DNA of 64,000 nt. Source: Williopsis jadinii (taxonomy: Eukaryota). Below, one piece after another: positions 11,121 through 22,281 of the stretch (positions within the stretch are counted from its first letter, which is position 1; every line of letters begins with the position of its first letter). The position numbers and the translations under genes were made by a program. The notes beneath the pieces are model-generated. The model was not told the origin of the DNA. It made no database searches and worked only from the letters and a program-made list of their open reading frames with translations. The stretch is from positions 558,001-622,000 of the forward strand of contig AP024664.1 of the NCBI GenBank assembly GCA_024346625.1, read 5' to 3'.

Positions 11121-12937
11121 ATGATTGCGAGAGCTGCTGCTGCCAGAAGGTGAGTTGGTTGTGTTTCCGGTGTTGGCCATTGGCGTGTTGACTAACGTTG
11201 TGCAGAGCATTCCACTCTTCCACTAGAAACAATGAGAAAGTGCTGAATAAGTACTCAAAGATCATCACGCAACCAAAGGACCAAGGAGCATCGCAAGCGA
11301 TGCTCTATGCGACCGGGTTCAAGAAGGACGACTTCAACAAAGGACAAGTCGGTGTCGGGTCTGTGTGGTGGTCCGGTAACCCGTGTAACATGCACTTGCT
11401 CGAGTTGAACTTTAGATGTTCGCAGTCTGTCAACGAGGCTGGGCTGAAGGCGATGCAGTTCAACTCCATTGGTGTCTCTGATGGTATCTCCATGGGTACC
11501 GATGGTATGCGTTACTCGCTGCAGTCCCGTGAGATCATTGCGGACTCTTTTGAAACAATCATGTTGGCTCAGCACTACGATGCTAACATCTCCATCCCAT
11601 CCTGTGACAAGAACATGCCTGGTGTCTTGATGGCCATGGGCAGACACAACAGACCTTCCATCATGGTGTACGGTGGTTCTATCTTGCCAGGGTTCGCCAA
11701 GTGTGGTACCAGTGAGCCACAGAAGATCGATTTGGTGTCTGCGTTCCAATCATACGGTCAATACATCTCAAACCAGATCACCGAGGAAGTTAGAGAAGAG
11801 ATTGTGTCGCACGCTTGTCCGGGTCCAGGTTCATGTGGTGGTATGTACACTGCCAACACGATGGCCTCTGCAGCCGAGGTGTTGGGTATGACTATGCCAA
11901 ACTCTTCGTCTGCAGTTGCAGTTTCAAAGGAGAAGCTTGAAGAATGTGCCAACATTGGTGAGGCAATCAAGAACTTGATTGCCTTGGACTTGAAACCAAG
12001 AGATATCATGACAAAGGAAGCATCCAAGAACGCAATCACCTACGTCATCGCCACTGGTGGTTCTACAAACGCCTGTCTCCATTTGATTGCCGTTGCTCAC
12101 AGTGCCGGTGTCGAGCTTACATTGGACGAGTTCCAGGCCATTTCTGATAAGACTCCGTTCCTCGCTGACTTCAAGCCATCTGGTAAGTACGTCATGGCAG
12201 AGTTGGCGCAATACGGTGGTACACAGGCCGTGATGAAGTACTTGCTCAGTGAAGGAATGCTCAACGGTGACTGTTTGACCGTCACTGGTAAGACCATGGC
12301 TGAGAACCTGGAGAAGTCCGAAGGCTTGCCAGAAGGCCAGCCAATCATCAGACCTGTTTCCAACCCATTGAAGCCAAGAGGCCATTTGCAAGTGCTGTAC
12401 GGTTCTTTGGCACCAGGTGGTTCCGTTGGTAAGATCACAGGTAAGGAGGGTACCTATTTCAAGGGCTCTGCTAGAGTGTTTGAAGATGAGGCCTCTTTCA
12501 TCCATGCCTTGGAGAGAGGTGAGATCAAGAAGGGTGAAAAGACCGTCTGTATCATCAGATACGAAGGTCCAAAGGGTGGTCCAGGTATGCCTGAGATGTT
12601 GAAGCCATCCTCTGCATTGATGGGATACGGTCTGGGTCAGGACGTTGCCCTTCTGACTGACGGTAGATTCTCCGGTGGCTCTCACGGGTTCCTCATTGGC
12701 CACGTTGTTCCAGAAGCTGCCGAGGGTGGTCCAATTGGTTTGGTTAAGGACGGTGACATCATCGTCATCGACTCTGACAACAACAAGATCGACCTGCTTG
12801 TGAGCGATGAAGAGCTCGCTGAGAGAAGAAAGTCATGGGTCGCTCCTCCACCAAGATACACCAGAGGTACCCTCTCGAAGTACGCAAAGCTGGTCTCCGA
12901 CGCCTCCAAGGGCTGTGTCCTGGATGCTGATGCTTGA
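11121..12937 (+). CDS. ILV3: Dihydroxy-acid dehydratase, mitochondrial; two exons (11121-11149, 11206-12937)
   Basis: [25 protein letters not shown] and [11 protein letters not shown] motifs. Intron 11150-11205 has donor GTGAGT, branch TGACTAAC (11189) and TGCAG acceptor. Splicing restores the frame and gives [15 protein letters not shown], a mitochondrial presequence. Confidence 0.96.
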
Positions 12938-13207
12938 AGAGCATCCGTCCACGAACTGGAACTCAGCAGCATGACACTTATGAACACATACGATTGGAGA
13001 GGAGCACTATACATAAACATTATCCGAATTGAACGGACAGAGTAAGAGACAACATAGCTTATTTATTACATACACCCGCTGACTGTATATTGAAGGTACG
13101 TCACTGGCATATAATCACATCGAGTCTTCTTTGGTAAGCAAGCAGCACTAGGAGAGGCCTTTGTAGGGCAGTCGTTGATGGTAGTTTATTACTCTGTGTC
13201 CCGTACC

Positions 13208-13234
13208 AGCTCATCGGCCATATATAAAACTTTT
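13208..13234 (+). promoter_or_regulatory. PAC element plus TATA/RRPE-like motif upstream of ELP2
   Basis: AGCTCATCG (PAC, reverse orientation) followed by TATATAAAACTTTTC. Confidence 0.5.
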
Positions 13235-13295
13235 CTCTCGAGGCGAATTTAGGCAGTTGATCCCCATCCCGTGAGACATAAGTGAATAAGGGCAA

Positions 13296-15647
13296 ATGAC
13301 GTCGACTGAGGCCATCTTCATCGGTGCGAATAGACAGACACACGTTGCGGACATCCACGTGGGCCGGAAGACCATTGCTTTCGGCGCAGGCTCCTCCATA
13401 GCTCTGTGGAATCCTCTGGACCATCACCACCGTGGAGTCCATGCCACGTTGAAAGGGCATACTAAGGAGGTGACGTGTGTGAGATTCTTCAAAGACAGCG
13501 AGTACATGATCTCTGGAAGCGAAGATATGTCACTGAAGCTGTGGGTTTTTGACGACCACTCGATGTCTCTGGTGCAGAGCATTGATCATCATTCCGACAG
13601 CATCGTGTGTATGGGCCTGTACGGGACGCTGGCCTGTGTCGGTGATGTTAACGGCCATATCTCGGTGGTGGAGCTTGTGGATGGCGAGATGAGGCTACTG
13701 CACGAGCTCCAGACCCCTGTGGGTCTGCTGCCGTTGTCACTGGCGTTACAGGAGATCTCACGGAACCAGTACGTGCTTGCCATTGGTGGCTCGAAGTTTC
13801 AGATACACGTCTATGCGTTCACTCTCCAGGATGGAGCTGTTAAGACGTTTGAGCTCGTTGCTGCTCTGGAGGGACACGAGGACTGGGTCAAGGCCCTGAC
13901 ATTCAAGAAGCAGGCAGATGGCGATTATCTGCTGGCATCTGGCTCACAAGATAGATACATCCGTCTGTGGAGATTGAGAACTAATGACCTGATCGATAGA
14001 TCCGATGAGGATGAAACCAAGCTCACGCTGCTGAGCAATAAACAGTACAAATTCTCTATAGAAGACACCAGAGTTGCAATCAACTTTGAAGCTCTCATCA
14101 TGGGACATGACGACTGGATATCCTCCTTACAATGGCATGAAACCGAGCTGAAACTACTGGCATCGAGTGCCGATACTGCAATGATGATCTGGGAGCCAGA
14201 TACCAGCTCTGGTATCTGGATATGTGCTTCTAGACTAGGTGAAATAAGTTCTAAAGGTGCATCCACAGCAACTGGCTCCTCTGGTGGGTTCTGGGCCTCG
14301 ATTTGGCTGGACGACGACCAGGGCAGACAGCACATCTTCACCAATGGAAGAACAGGAAGCTGGAGAAGCTGGACATGTGAAGATGGCGATGCTAACAATT
14401 GGAGCCAGAACGTGGCCATCACCGGTGCGACCAAGAAAGGCACCGACCTTTCTTGGTCCACTGACGGCGAGTACCTGCTGGCGACGTCGCTGGACCAAAC
14501 CACTCGACTCTTTGCTCGGTGGTCACAGGATGCTGATGGAACCAAACGTGACTGTATCACGTGGAGAGAGTTTGCCAGGCCGCAGATCCATGGCTACGAC
14601 ATGATCTGCGTTGCATCATTGTCCAATACAAGATTCATTTCTGGAGGCGACGAAAAGATCCTACGTTCATTTGACGAGCCAAAGGGCGTGGCCAACATAC
14701 TTCACAAGTTCTGTGGGATTGATCTCACCAGTGAAGTGACCGCTGAGTCGGCGTCGCTGCCAGCGCTGGGGCTGTCTAACAAGGCCACCAGTGAGGATCA
14801 AGAGCAGAACGCGAACGAGCGTGAAACCGCGGAGACTACAAACATATCCTACCAGATCCTCGATGATCTGAGATGGCCACCGCTGGAGGATCATCTGCAG
14901 AGACACACGCTCTGGCCGGAGATCGAGAAACTTTATGGCCATGGCTACGAGATAGTCAGCGTGGACACATCGCCTGATAGGAAGATGGTCGCCAGCTCCT
15001 GCAAGTCGAACTCTCAGCAGCACAGCGTGATCAGGCTGTTTGACTGTGAGAGCTGGAGCGAGCTGAAGCCCAACCTGTCTCTCCACAACCTGACCGTCAC
15101 CAGGGTGAAGTTCTCTCCAGACGGCCAGAGGCTACTGACGGTATCGAGAGACCGTCAGTTCGGTGTCTGGAAGAGAGATCCCTCCAGCAACGAGTTCACG
15201 CTCGAGTTCAGCAATGAGAAGGCACACGCAAGAATCATCTGGGACTGTTCATGGTCACGTTGTGGCCACTACTTCTTCACAGCCTCCAGAGATAAGTCCG
15301 TGAAGGCATGGCTCATCAGGGACGAGGCCGGCGTCGAGCTGGTGGACACGGTCAAGTTCCCGGCCGCAGTGACGGCTCTGGACGTCACTGGCTACACGCT
15401 CAACGGCTCCAGCACCGAGCTCATCGTTGTAGGGCTCGAAACAGGCAGCCTGATCGTCTACACGTTCCGTTCCCACAAGCTGGAGCACGCCTACACCGTC
15501 GATGCCAGAGAGACGCCGGGGGACCGCATCTCCCGTGTCTGTTGGAGCACAGCACCCACAAACCACCGGGAGCCCTTGTTGTTCGCAGCAACATCACACG
15601 ACAACTCCGTGAGGGTGTATTCCTTCCACGCTTCTCTTGCTGTTTAA
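13296..15647 (+). CDS. ELP2: Elongator complex subunit 2 (double WD40 propeller)
   Basis: IFIGANR, GHEDWVKAL, RPQIHGYD, PALGLSNKA and LWPEIEKLYGHGYE motifs. Confidence 0.95.
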   Translation: MTSTEAIFIGANRQTHVADIHVGRKTIAFGAGSSIALWNPLDHHHRGVHATLKGHTKEVTCVRFFKDSEYMISGSEDMSLKLWVFDDHSMSLVQSIDHHSDSIVCMGLYGTLACVGDVNGHISVVELVDGEMRLLHELQTPVGLLPLSLALQEISRNQYVLAIGGSKFQIHVYAFTLQDGAVKTFELVAALEGHEDWVKALTFKKQADGDYLLASGSQDRYIRLWRLRTNDLIDRSDEDETKLTLLSNKQYKFSIEDTRVAINFEALIMGHDDWISSLQWHETELKLLASSADTAMMIWEPDTSSGIWICASRLGEISSKGASTATGSSGGFWASIWLDDDQGRQHIFTNGRTGSWRSWTCEDGDANNWSQNVAITGATKKGTDLSWSTDGEYLLATSLDQTTRLFARWSQDADGTKRDCITWREFARPQIHGYDMICVASLSNTRFISGGDEKILRSFDEPKGVANILHKFCGIDLTSEVTAESASLPALGLSNKATSEDQEQNANERETAETTNISYQILDDLRWPPLEDHLQRHTLWPEIEKLYGHGYEIVSVDTSPDRKMVASSCKSNSQQHSVIRLFDCESWSELKPNLSLHNLTVTRVKFSPDGQRLLTVSRDRQFGVWKRDPSSNEFTLEFSNEKAHARIIWDCSWSRCGHYFFTASRDKSVKAWLIRDEAGVELVDTVKFPAAVTALDVTGYTLNGSSTELIVVGLETGSLIVYTFRSHKLEHAYTVDARETPGDRISRVCWSTAPTNHREPLLFAATSHDNSVRVYSFHASLAV

Positions 15648-15947
15648 CCAGGTGTTACACACCTTTACTTGTCCGATAAGTGTAGTGAGAGGTCGGCTGT
15701 GCTACCCCCACCGGCCGGTCGGCTGCGTAGCCTGGTGTAAGGAGGTCTCTGTGCGTGTGGGTACCGACGCTGCGCGTGCGTGTACCGAAGCCTCTCGTGG
15801 CCTTACCGAAGATACAAGGCGAAATGTAAACAAAGGGGTGCGTGTGTGTGCTTTGTGCAAGACTTCAACATTGAAGAAGGCAGTGTGAGCTTGTTGTGCG
15901 GTTACACTGGACAAAGAGAGCCAGAGAGAGACAGCAACCGTGGAGCA

Positions 15948-18305
15948 ATGTACTTGTCGATGAAGCTACGCCGGCTGAGGTTCCCCCTGGTGGTTCTGCT
16001 AACGCTACTGGGCCTGTTCTACTACAGGTTCCTCAACGAGGAGTACGAGCTCAACAACCATATGGCTGATGACGAGCTCCCTCCCATCACTGACACCCCT
16101 GCCCACGACGAGGTCGCTGCTCCCCAGAAGCTGGGCTTGTGGGAGGACATTGTGGAGAAGAACAAGTACTTCCCGTGGCTGGGCGTGGAGAAGGTTGAGA
16201 CGAAGCAAGGAAGCGTGCTGCCTGACGAGTACTTCAACAACCAGAAGGCCGTGGACTTGAGGAAGCATAAGAAGAAGTACCGCTACCCTGTGGGCAAGGA
16301 GAACTACTTTAAGCTTCCGAGGGTGGCGAGGGATGCGTCCTATCCCAGCATTCAGGCCACGGAGTTCTCCGATGGCGGTGCTGCCATGCCCTCTAGGCTT
16401 GCTCGTGTTAAGGAGGCATTCATGAAGTCATGGAAGATATATAAGGACTATGGCTATGGCCATGATGAAGTCAGACCCATCTCACACGAAGTGCTTGACC
16501 CATTTAACGGGTGGAGTGCGACGTTGATCGATTCCATCGATACGTTACACCTGATGGGCGAGGATGAAGAGGTTAAAGAGGCCATCAAGTTCTTACAGAG
16601 GGTGAACTTCAAGCAATCGTACAGAAATGCCATTCCAATCTTCGAGAACGTTATACGAGTCCTTGGTGGCATGCTCACGGCCTACGACATCACCGAGGAT
16701 AAGTCGGTTTTACAGAACTGTGAAGATTTGGCTCATTTACTCATGGAGGCATTTGACACCCCAAACAGAATGCCATTACTCCACTATGAATGGCAATCTG
16801 AACTTGCCAATAGACTGGCATCTACTTCATCTTCGATTGCGGAGCTGGGCTCTCTATCCTTGGAGTTCTCCAAACTATCCCAATTGACTGGCGACAACGA
16901 GTATTATGACGCTATAACGAGAATCACGAACGCATTGGAGAAGTCAAAGGACAACTTCTTACTTCCAGGCCTATATTCAAACCACGTGGATATCTCTGGC
17001 TGTAAGAAGCTCAAAGAAGGTGAAAGCACGAAGGGTTCTCATCTGAATAAGGCAAAAGTTTTAAAGGTGATTTCCGATAACTCTTATTCGTATTGTGAAC
17101 TCGAAAAGGATTCAATCAGATCTGCTGAAGGCCTCTCACAGAAATACTCACTTGGTGGGCTAGGCGACTCTTTCTACGAGTACTTGCCAAAGATGTTCCA
17201 TCTCTTGGGTGGTGATGCAAAGTATTCGCAAACATACAAGGAGATGTACTTGAGAGCAGCAGAACACATCAGAAAGTATATGTTGTACCGTCCAAAGATG
17301 GTGAACAACCCTGATGTTCTCTTTGTATCCTCTATTTCCGTCTTCCAACGCAGTATAGATACGATTATTGTATCTCCTGACGAGGACATGCAACATTTGA
17401 CATGCTTTACAGGTGGAATGCTTGCGCTTGGATCACGTCTCTTCAACATCTCAGAGGACATGAATCTTGCTGAGAAGGTCACACTTGGCTGTGTCAAACT
17501 GTATGAGGAGCTAGGAATCATGCCAGAGGTGGTTAAGGTGGATAGCATGTCAAATGACGAGGATTATTACGACGAAGATGAGAGAATCAACTTTCTCAAG
17601 AAGGCTACAGAGACACCAAGCCTTCAACTCAGCAGCAGTAGATATTCCCCTAAATTAACTCCTGCTGAGAATGAGAGATTGAGACAGAAGATCGAGGCTG
17701 CTGTTGGGTTGAATAAAGGTGGTGATGTTAAAGATGGTAAAAAGGAAAGTTCAAATCAGCAGTTGAGTAAAAGAGCATTCATTGATTCTGCTGAGCAGAG
17801 TACATCTTCAAACAAGAAAGTGGATGCAACTGGTAGTGACGGCGATGTTGCCTATGTATCTCCTAGAATCGAGTTGGAACGTGCAAAAGACAAGGATGTT
17901 TTCCCAATTAAACAAATGGAAGATGGCTCATATAGATGGACAGGGGCAAGGGAGAACCAGCCTCTTTGGCTGAACGACGCGAGACCGTTTTACAACATGA
18001 GACCAGAGGCAATTGAGTCTGTATGGTATATGTATAGAACCACTGGTGACTCCAGATGGAGAGATTATGGGTGGATGATGTGGCAAAACATCGAAAGACT
18101 TTGTCAAAGGGATGGTGTTTTCACAGAGGTTGACGATCTGTTCTCCGATGTCTCGAATACTCACAGGTTTAAAGATGCTGTCGAGTCGTTTTGGTTCAGT
18201 GAAACGTTGAAATACTTCTACTTATTGTTTGAAGAGTCATCAGTATGGAGTTTGGATGATTACGTGTTCAACACGGAGGCACATCCATTCAAACTACAAA
18301 AATGA
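15948..18305 (+). CDS. GH47 class I alpha-1,2-mannosidase, type II membrane (Mnl2-like)
   Basis: N-terminal TM anchor. GH47 motifs GHDEVRP, FENVIRVLGG, AELGSLSLEF, DSFYEYL, RPEAIES, ESFWFSETLKY and FNTEAHP. The likely start is ATG 15948. Confidence 0.9.
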   Translation: MYLSMKLRRLRFPLVVLLTLLGLFYYRFLNEEYELNNHMADDELPPITDTPAHDEVAAPQKLGLWEDIVEKNKYFPWLGVEKVETKQGSVLPDEYFNNQKAVDLRKHKKKYRYPVGKENYFKLPRVARDASYPSIQATEFSDGGAAMPSRLARVKEAFMKSWKIYKDYGYGHDEVRPISHEVLDPFNGWSATLIDSIDTLHLMGEDEEVKEAIKFLQRVNFKQSYRNAIPIFENVIRVLGGMLTAYDITEDKSVLQNCEDLAHLLMEAFDTPNRMPLLHYEWQSELANRLASTSSSIAELGSLSLEFSKLSQLTGDNEYYDAITRITNALEKSKDNFLLPGLYSNHVDISGCKKLKEGESTKGSHLNKAKVLKVISDNSYSYCELEKDSIRSAEGLSQKYSLGGLGDSFYEYLPKMFHLLGGDAKYSQTYKEMYLRAAEHIRKYMLYRPKMVNNPDVLFVSSISVFQRSIDTIIVSPDEDMQHLTCFTGGMLALGSRLFNISEDMNLAEKVTLGCVKLYEELGIMPEVVKVDSMSNDEDYYDEDERINFLKKATETPSLQLSSSRYSPKLTPAENERLRQKIEAAVGLNKGGDVKDGKKESSNQQLSKRAFIDSAEQSTSSNKKVDATGSDGDVAYVSPRIELERAKDKDVFPIKQMEDGSYRWTGARENQPLWLNDARPFYNMRPEAIESVWYMYRTTGDSRWRDYGWMMWQNIERLCQRDGVFTEVDDLFSDVSNTHRFKDAVESFWFSETLKYFYLLFEESSVWSLDDYVFNTEAHPFKLQK

Positions 18306-18390
18306 AACATATTTGTTCAATGACGGGGGTTCTTTCTTTTTAAGTATTTACGTTTTGTTTATTCAGTTTATCACACAACTTGTGGTTGTA

Positions 18391-20688
18391 TCAGACTTGC
18401 CATGTTGGTAGGACCTTGAGGTTCTTGTAATCGTTTTGGTTTCCAGTCATACCTTCGTGGAAAGCCCTGAAGTACCAGAATGTGAATACAACAGCACCGT
18501 AACACGTAGCATATGTTGTGTACTTGATGAATGGGCGAGCTTTACCAACGGTAAGCTCCACCATGTATCCCAGTACGAATAAGGCAAAGAACAACGCTGG
18601 AACGTAATGGTGAACGTAGGTGACTCTTCCCATCAGCACAAATGGCATGTAGTGGAATGTCCAACTCAGGAAGGGATAGAATCCCTTGATGAGGTAGTCC
18701 CAGAACGTCACATAGTCCCAGTTAAGCGTCTGTCTTTGGAACTTGATGATGTAGTAAGCAGTGAGCAGCACAAAGGCAAGCAGTGCCAAAGAAGACCCCC
18801 ATGTGTTGAAGATGTTGCCCATGAGGAAGTATCTAATATCACCGTAACCCCAGCCACACATTCTCAGACCAATGTACAGTGTTGGCCATTGCCACCAGCT
18901 GGACGCCAAAGCATCGTACTTGTCGCTATCTGGAACCAATGCGTTGTTGGAAGCAGCCATGGCAAAGTTGATGTGGATGAAGTCCGACAAGAAGTTCGAC
19001 TTTGGAGGAACGTAGTACTCGTCACTCGCCATTTTGGCATTCATATGGTCTTCAACGTTCCAGTGCGTAGACTGGTCGTATGAGGTCCAAGGGTATTTAC
19101 AGACAACCTCACTCTGCTTGAACCCCCAGGCAGGATATGAGCTACCAGTGGTGGACAAGTAACAGCCCAAATCAGCGTGTCTCAGTCTAAAAGTGGTGGA
19201 CAAAGGATGGATAAGTGACTTGTCCTCGTTGGCATAAGAGGTGTTTTCCGGGAAGCTCTGAGAGAAGATCTCTACAACCCAATCGTCTCTGGAGTCACCA
19301 ACCTTTTCGCTGCCATAACCTGACACCTCGTAGTGTTGCTTGGAAACATGGCCTGGGACCTTATGGGAGTGTAGGTTCGCGTTGGTGGATCTGTGAGCAA
19401 GTCGAACAGTATCACCGTTTCTGACGGGAATCAACTCTGTAACGTTGTTGAGAGATCTTCCATCACGACGAGCAAACTTGAAGAACCAGTTGTTGTTGCT
19501 GTCAGAGTGGCCGTACGCCGTGATTTGCTGTTGATGTGAGCCGTCTGGGTAGATCTGGACGTGCGAATGTAGCAGGTTTGGGCTTGAGCCTTGAGATCTA
19601 ATGGTCACTTCAGAACCGAAAACGACATCTCTTGGTGACTGTTTGATCTTATTGCCCTCCAAGTTCGCTTGGAATAGAGACGATGTCGATGCATCACCAG
19701 TGCCTGACTTGTACAACAGTGCGAAATGGATCTTGAAGCAGATGAGGTACACAGCCATTGGAATGAAGATCAACGTCACGATACGCACAAGCCAGTGTCT
19801 TGCGTATTTCTCCCACGAGAGTTCCTTGTCAAAGAGCTTCTCAGCAAGGTCCTGGACGACAAAGATGCCGACAACCACGGTGATGAAGAGGCCAACCCAC
19901 TTCACAGAGCACACGCAGCCGATGGACAGCCCGGAAAGAACCATCCACAGGTACCATTCAACGGTGAATTCTCTTTCACGCTTCTTCAGCTGCATCAACT
20001 TGACCAAGGTCAAGAACGTAGTTGCCGTGAAGAACAGCAGGATGGAATCCAGCAAGATGAACTTACCCAGCGTGACAAAGGACGATTCCAGTGTCGCCAT
20101 AAGGGTGATCAGGTGGATGGTCAGCAGCTGATAGTCTGCAAATCTGGCAGCCCAATAAACAGCTGGAGTCACAGCAGCACTGAACAACGCGTTGAACACC
20201 CTCATTGTGTAGAAGTCCACATCCTCTGGGTATTTGGAGCCGGAGCCAAACTCAAACTCCGTGTTGTTGAAGCCTGCGATCTTCTCACTCAGACCAATGA
20301 GCATCTTTCCCAACGGAGGGTGGACATCGTGGTAGAAGGCATGTTTAATGTAGTAGGAGCCAAACTTACCGAAATGGGCCTCGTCCCACACAACTTTCTT
20401 CGATCTGTCAATGAGGTGGAGCCTGACGTAGACAGCGAGGGCAGTGTAGAGGATCGTTGATACCCATGGCTCGATCTTCCACAGGAAAGAGCCCTTGGAC
20501 TGGGCAGAAACACCCAGCTTCTTGGCCTCATCGGTATCAATGCCAACATCTGTGGTGTTCTCCACCTCAACGGTGGCATCATCGTCAACATCAGCTGGTG
20601 ATTGCTTCTTCTCAACCTTTGATTTTGCTCTTTTCTTCGCACCGGATGCTTTGCTGTGGGTAGCAGCACCAGTGGATAGGCCTGACAT
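18391..20688 (-). CDS. PMT2: Dolichyl-phosphate-mannose:protein O-mannosyltransferase, PMT2 subfamily
   Basis: VVWDEAHFGKFGSYY..FYHDVHPPLGKML, MIR domains (LHSH) and GRVTYVHHYVPAL. The likely start is ATG 20688 (MSGLSTG). Confidence 0.88.
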   Translation of the reverse strand: MSGLSTGAATHSKASGAKKRAKSKVEKKQSPADVDDDATVEVENTTDVGIDTDEAKKLGVSAQSKGSFLWKIEPWVSTILYTALAVYVRLHLIDRSKKVVWDEAHFGKFGSYYIKHAFYHDVHPPLGKMLIGLSEKIAGFNNTEFEFGSGSKYPEDVDFYTMRVFNALFSAAVTPAVYWAARFADYQLLTIHLITLMATLESSFVTLGKFILLDSILLFFTATTFLTLVKLMQLKKREREFTVEWYLWMVLSGLSIGCVCSVKWVGLFITVVVGIFVVQDLAEKLFDKELSWEKYARHWLVRIVTLIFIPMAVYLICFKIHFALLYKSGTGDASTSSLFQANLEGNKIKQSPRDVVFGSEVTIRSQGSSPNLLHSHVQIYPDGSHQQQITAYGHSDSNNNWFFKFARRDGRSLNNVTELIPVRNGDTVRLAHRSTNANLHSHKVPGHVSKQHYEVSGYGSEKVGDSRDDWVVEIFSQSFPENTSYANEDKSLIHPLSTTFRLRHADLGCYLSTTGSSYPAWGFKQSEVVCKYPWTSYDQSTHWNVEDHMNAKMASDEYYVPPKSNFLSDFIHINFAMAASNNALVPDSDKYDALASSWWQWPTLYIGLRMCGWGYGDIRYFLMGNIFNTWGSSLALLAFVLLTAYYIIKFQRQTLNWDYVTFWDYLIKGFYPFLSWTFHYMPFVLMGRVTYVHHYVPALFFALFVLGYMVELTVGKARPFIKYTTYATCYGAVVFTFWYFRAFHEGMTGNQNDYKNLKVLPTWQV

Positions 20689-20792
20689 CTTGCTGGGATA
20701 CCAATTGAAAGCAGTGGATGGTGTTTTGTTTTGGAATGTGAGTGCTAGAGAGCGTGTGAAGATGGGAAGAAGGTGCCACGCATACGTGTTTT

Positions 20793-20844
20793 GTGGTGTG
20801 CGGATGTGGTGTGCGGGTGTGGTGTGTGGATGTGGTGTTCGGGT
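20793..20844. repeat. Four tandem 13-bp telomere/Rap1-like units in the PMT2/MED20 divergent promoter
   Basis: GTGGTGTGCGGAT GTGGTGTGCGGGT GTGGTGTGTGGAT GTGGTGTTCGGGT. Confidence 0.8.
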
Positions 20845-20970
20845 GTCCAGGTGTATCAAAACGTAAACATCGCCAACTCGTTCCCGTGCCTGTTTTATCG
20901 CAAGTGCCAGACGCTTGAAGAAACTCGGTCAATTGTCACTGGCATTGCTTCTCTACGTACAAACTGAAGG

Positions 20971-21656
20971 ATGGTAACCACTGCGTAAGCGTTTTTGACC
21001 CGTTGCCGTGCTGCCTAAGAAAATATACTAACCTCTGTCTCAGTGTTTTACTTGTTCAGGATGCTTCACCGAATAGTATAACAACATTCCACGACCTCAT
21101 CTCGAATGAGATACCCAAGGTCCTTGGACGCTGGTCGTTTGATCTGAAGATATTCAAGCAAAACGTACACGGCAGCGCGGGTGGGGACTCCCAATTCCTC
21201 TACGATCTATCGTTTGATAACGAGCAAGGCAAGAGCATCACCGTTGTGAATGGCGAAGCCATTGTAACAACCAATGACATCCCAGAGGGTCTTATTGATA
21301 GTGGATGCTCCAATGGGGCCGCAGATAGTCTAGACCATATCATCCAAACCAAGCTACAAGGGTTGTGGCTGCTGAGACAGACGCTAAAGGGCGAGAACGG
21401 GAACAGCTATGAGATTAGAAACGGCGAGTTTGTGATAAAGGCCATCAACGTCTTCCTCCACGGTAATTTCAAGAACTTCCTCATAATGATGGAGTACCAT
21501 GGCAACGATGTCGATGGCGTGGGCAAGCTGGAGAGGCTCGTTGAAGAGCTCGCGTTCCCCAAGGGTAAGCTAAGCACGGGTTCTCTTGGTGCTAGCCCAC
21601 AGCAGCCAGCAGATCTTGCGTTCCAATACACAGAGGCTTTGAATGTACAGAGATAA
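20971..21656 (+). CDS. SRB2: Mediator subunit Med20 (Srb2); two exons (20971-20984, 21044-21656)
   Basis: GRWSFDLKIF, KLQGLWLLRQTLKGE and DLAFQY motifs. Intron 20985-21043 has GTAAGC, TACTAAC (21026) and CAG. The spliced N-terminus MVTTAVLLVQ is in frame. Confidence 0.9.
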
Positions 21657-22155
21657 CTCCACTCGGTGTGAAGGCCATCGACCTATACCCTGATCTATGT
21701 CGCACATTCATCATGACGTGCTTTTCTGGGGATTTACAAGGCGCAGCGTGTACTTTTCCCGTCCCATCTCTCCCCCTCTGTGCTGTGTGGTCCAATCCTA
21801 GCATTATAGAACACAGTGAAGTATATAATACGACAGAGCTCTCATGGCTCAGTACCAAAGCAGCGTGGCTATGCCTGTACGCTGCCTGTAACCCTATACA
21901 ATGCATCTTCAACTGCACATCACTGAATCAATGTAGGCCACCAGGGGATCCACAACAGGTGCTAAAAAGGTGATTCATGTCTCAATGAAAGAGCCACCAT
22001 TCAACGCTGCTTCTCCAGGCTCAACGTCCCAAGTGCCACCACCACAACCAGGACACTATGGCAGACCCTCTGACATGACTCCGAGCCCCTTACACAGTAG
22101 CAGGGCACCTACGCAGCATTCAATGCTGGCTGGCTGGGGTGCGGTCTGCCTGGCA

Positions 22156-22281
22156 CACAGCACCATGACCACAGCACCATGACCACAGCACCATGACCAC
22201 AGCACCATGACCACAGCACCATGACCACAGCACCATGACCACAGCACCGTGAACACTGCACCATGACCACAGCACCTTGAC
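22156..22281. repeat. 14-bp minisatellite (CACAGCACCATGAC) x9
   Basis: Six perfect copies then three variant copies; intergenic. Confidence 0.95.

Noticed and set aside
12010..12035. Ilv3 KEASKNAI where homologues usually have Phe (KEAF.NAI)
   Set aside because: A single substitution that may be a polymorphism or sequencing error; it cannot be judged from this sequence.
22156..22281. Possible CRISPR-like array
   Set aside because: Head-to-tail repeats without spacers, in a eukaryotic genome.
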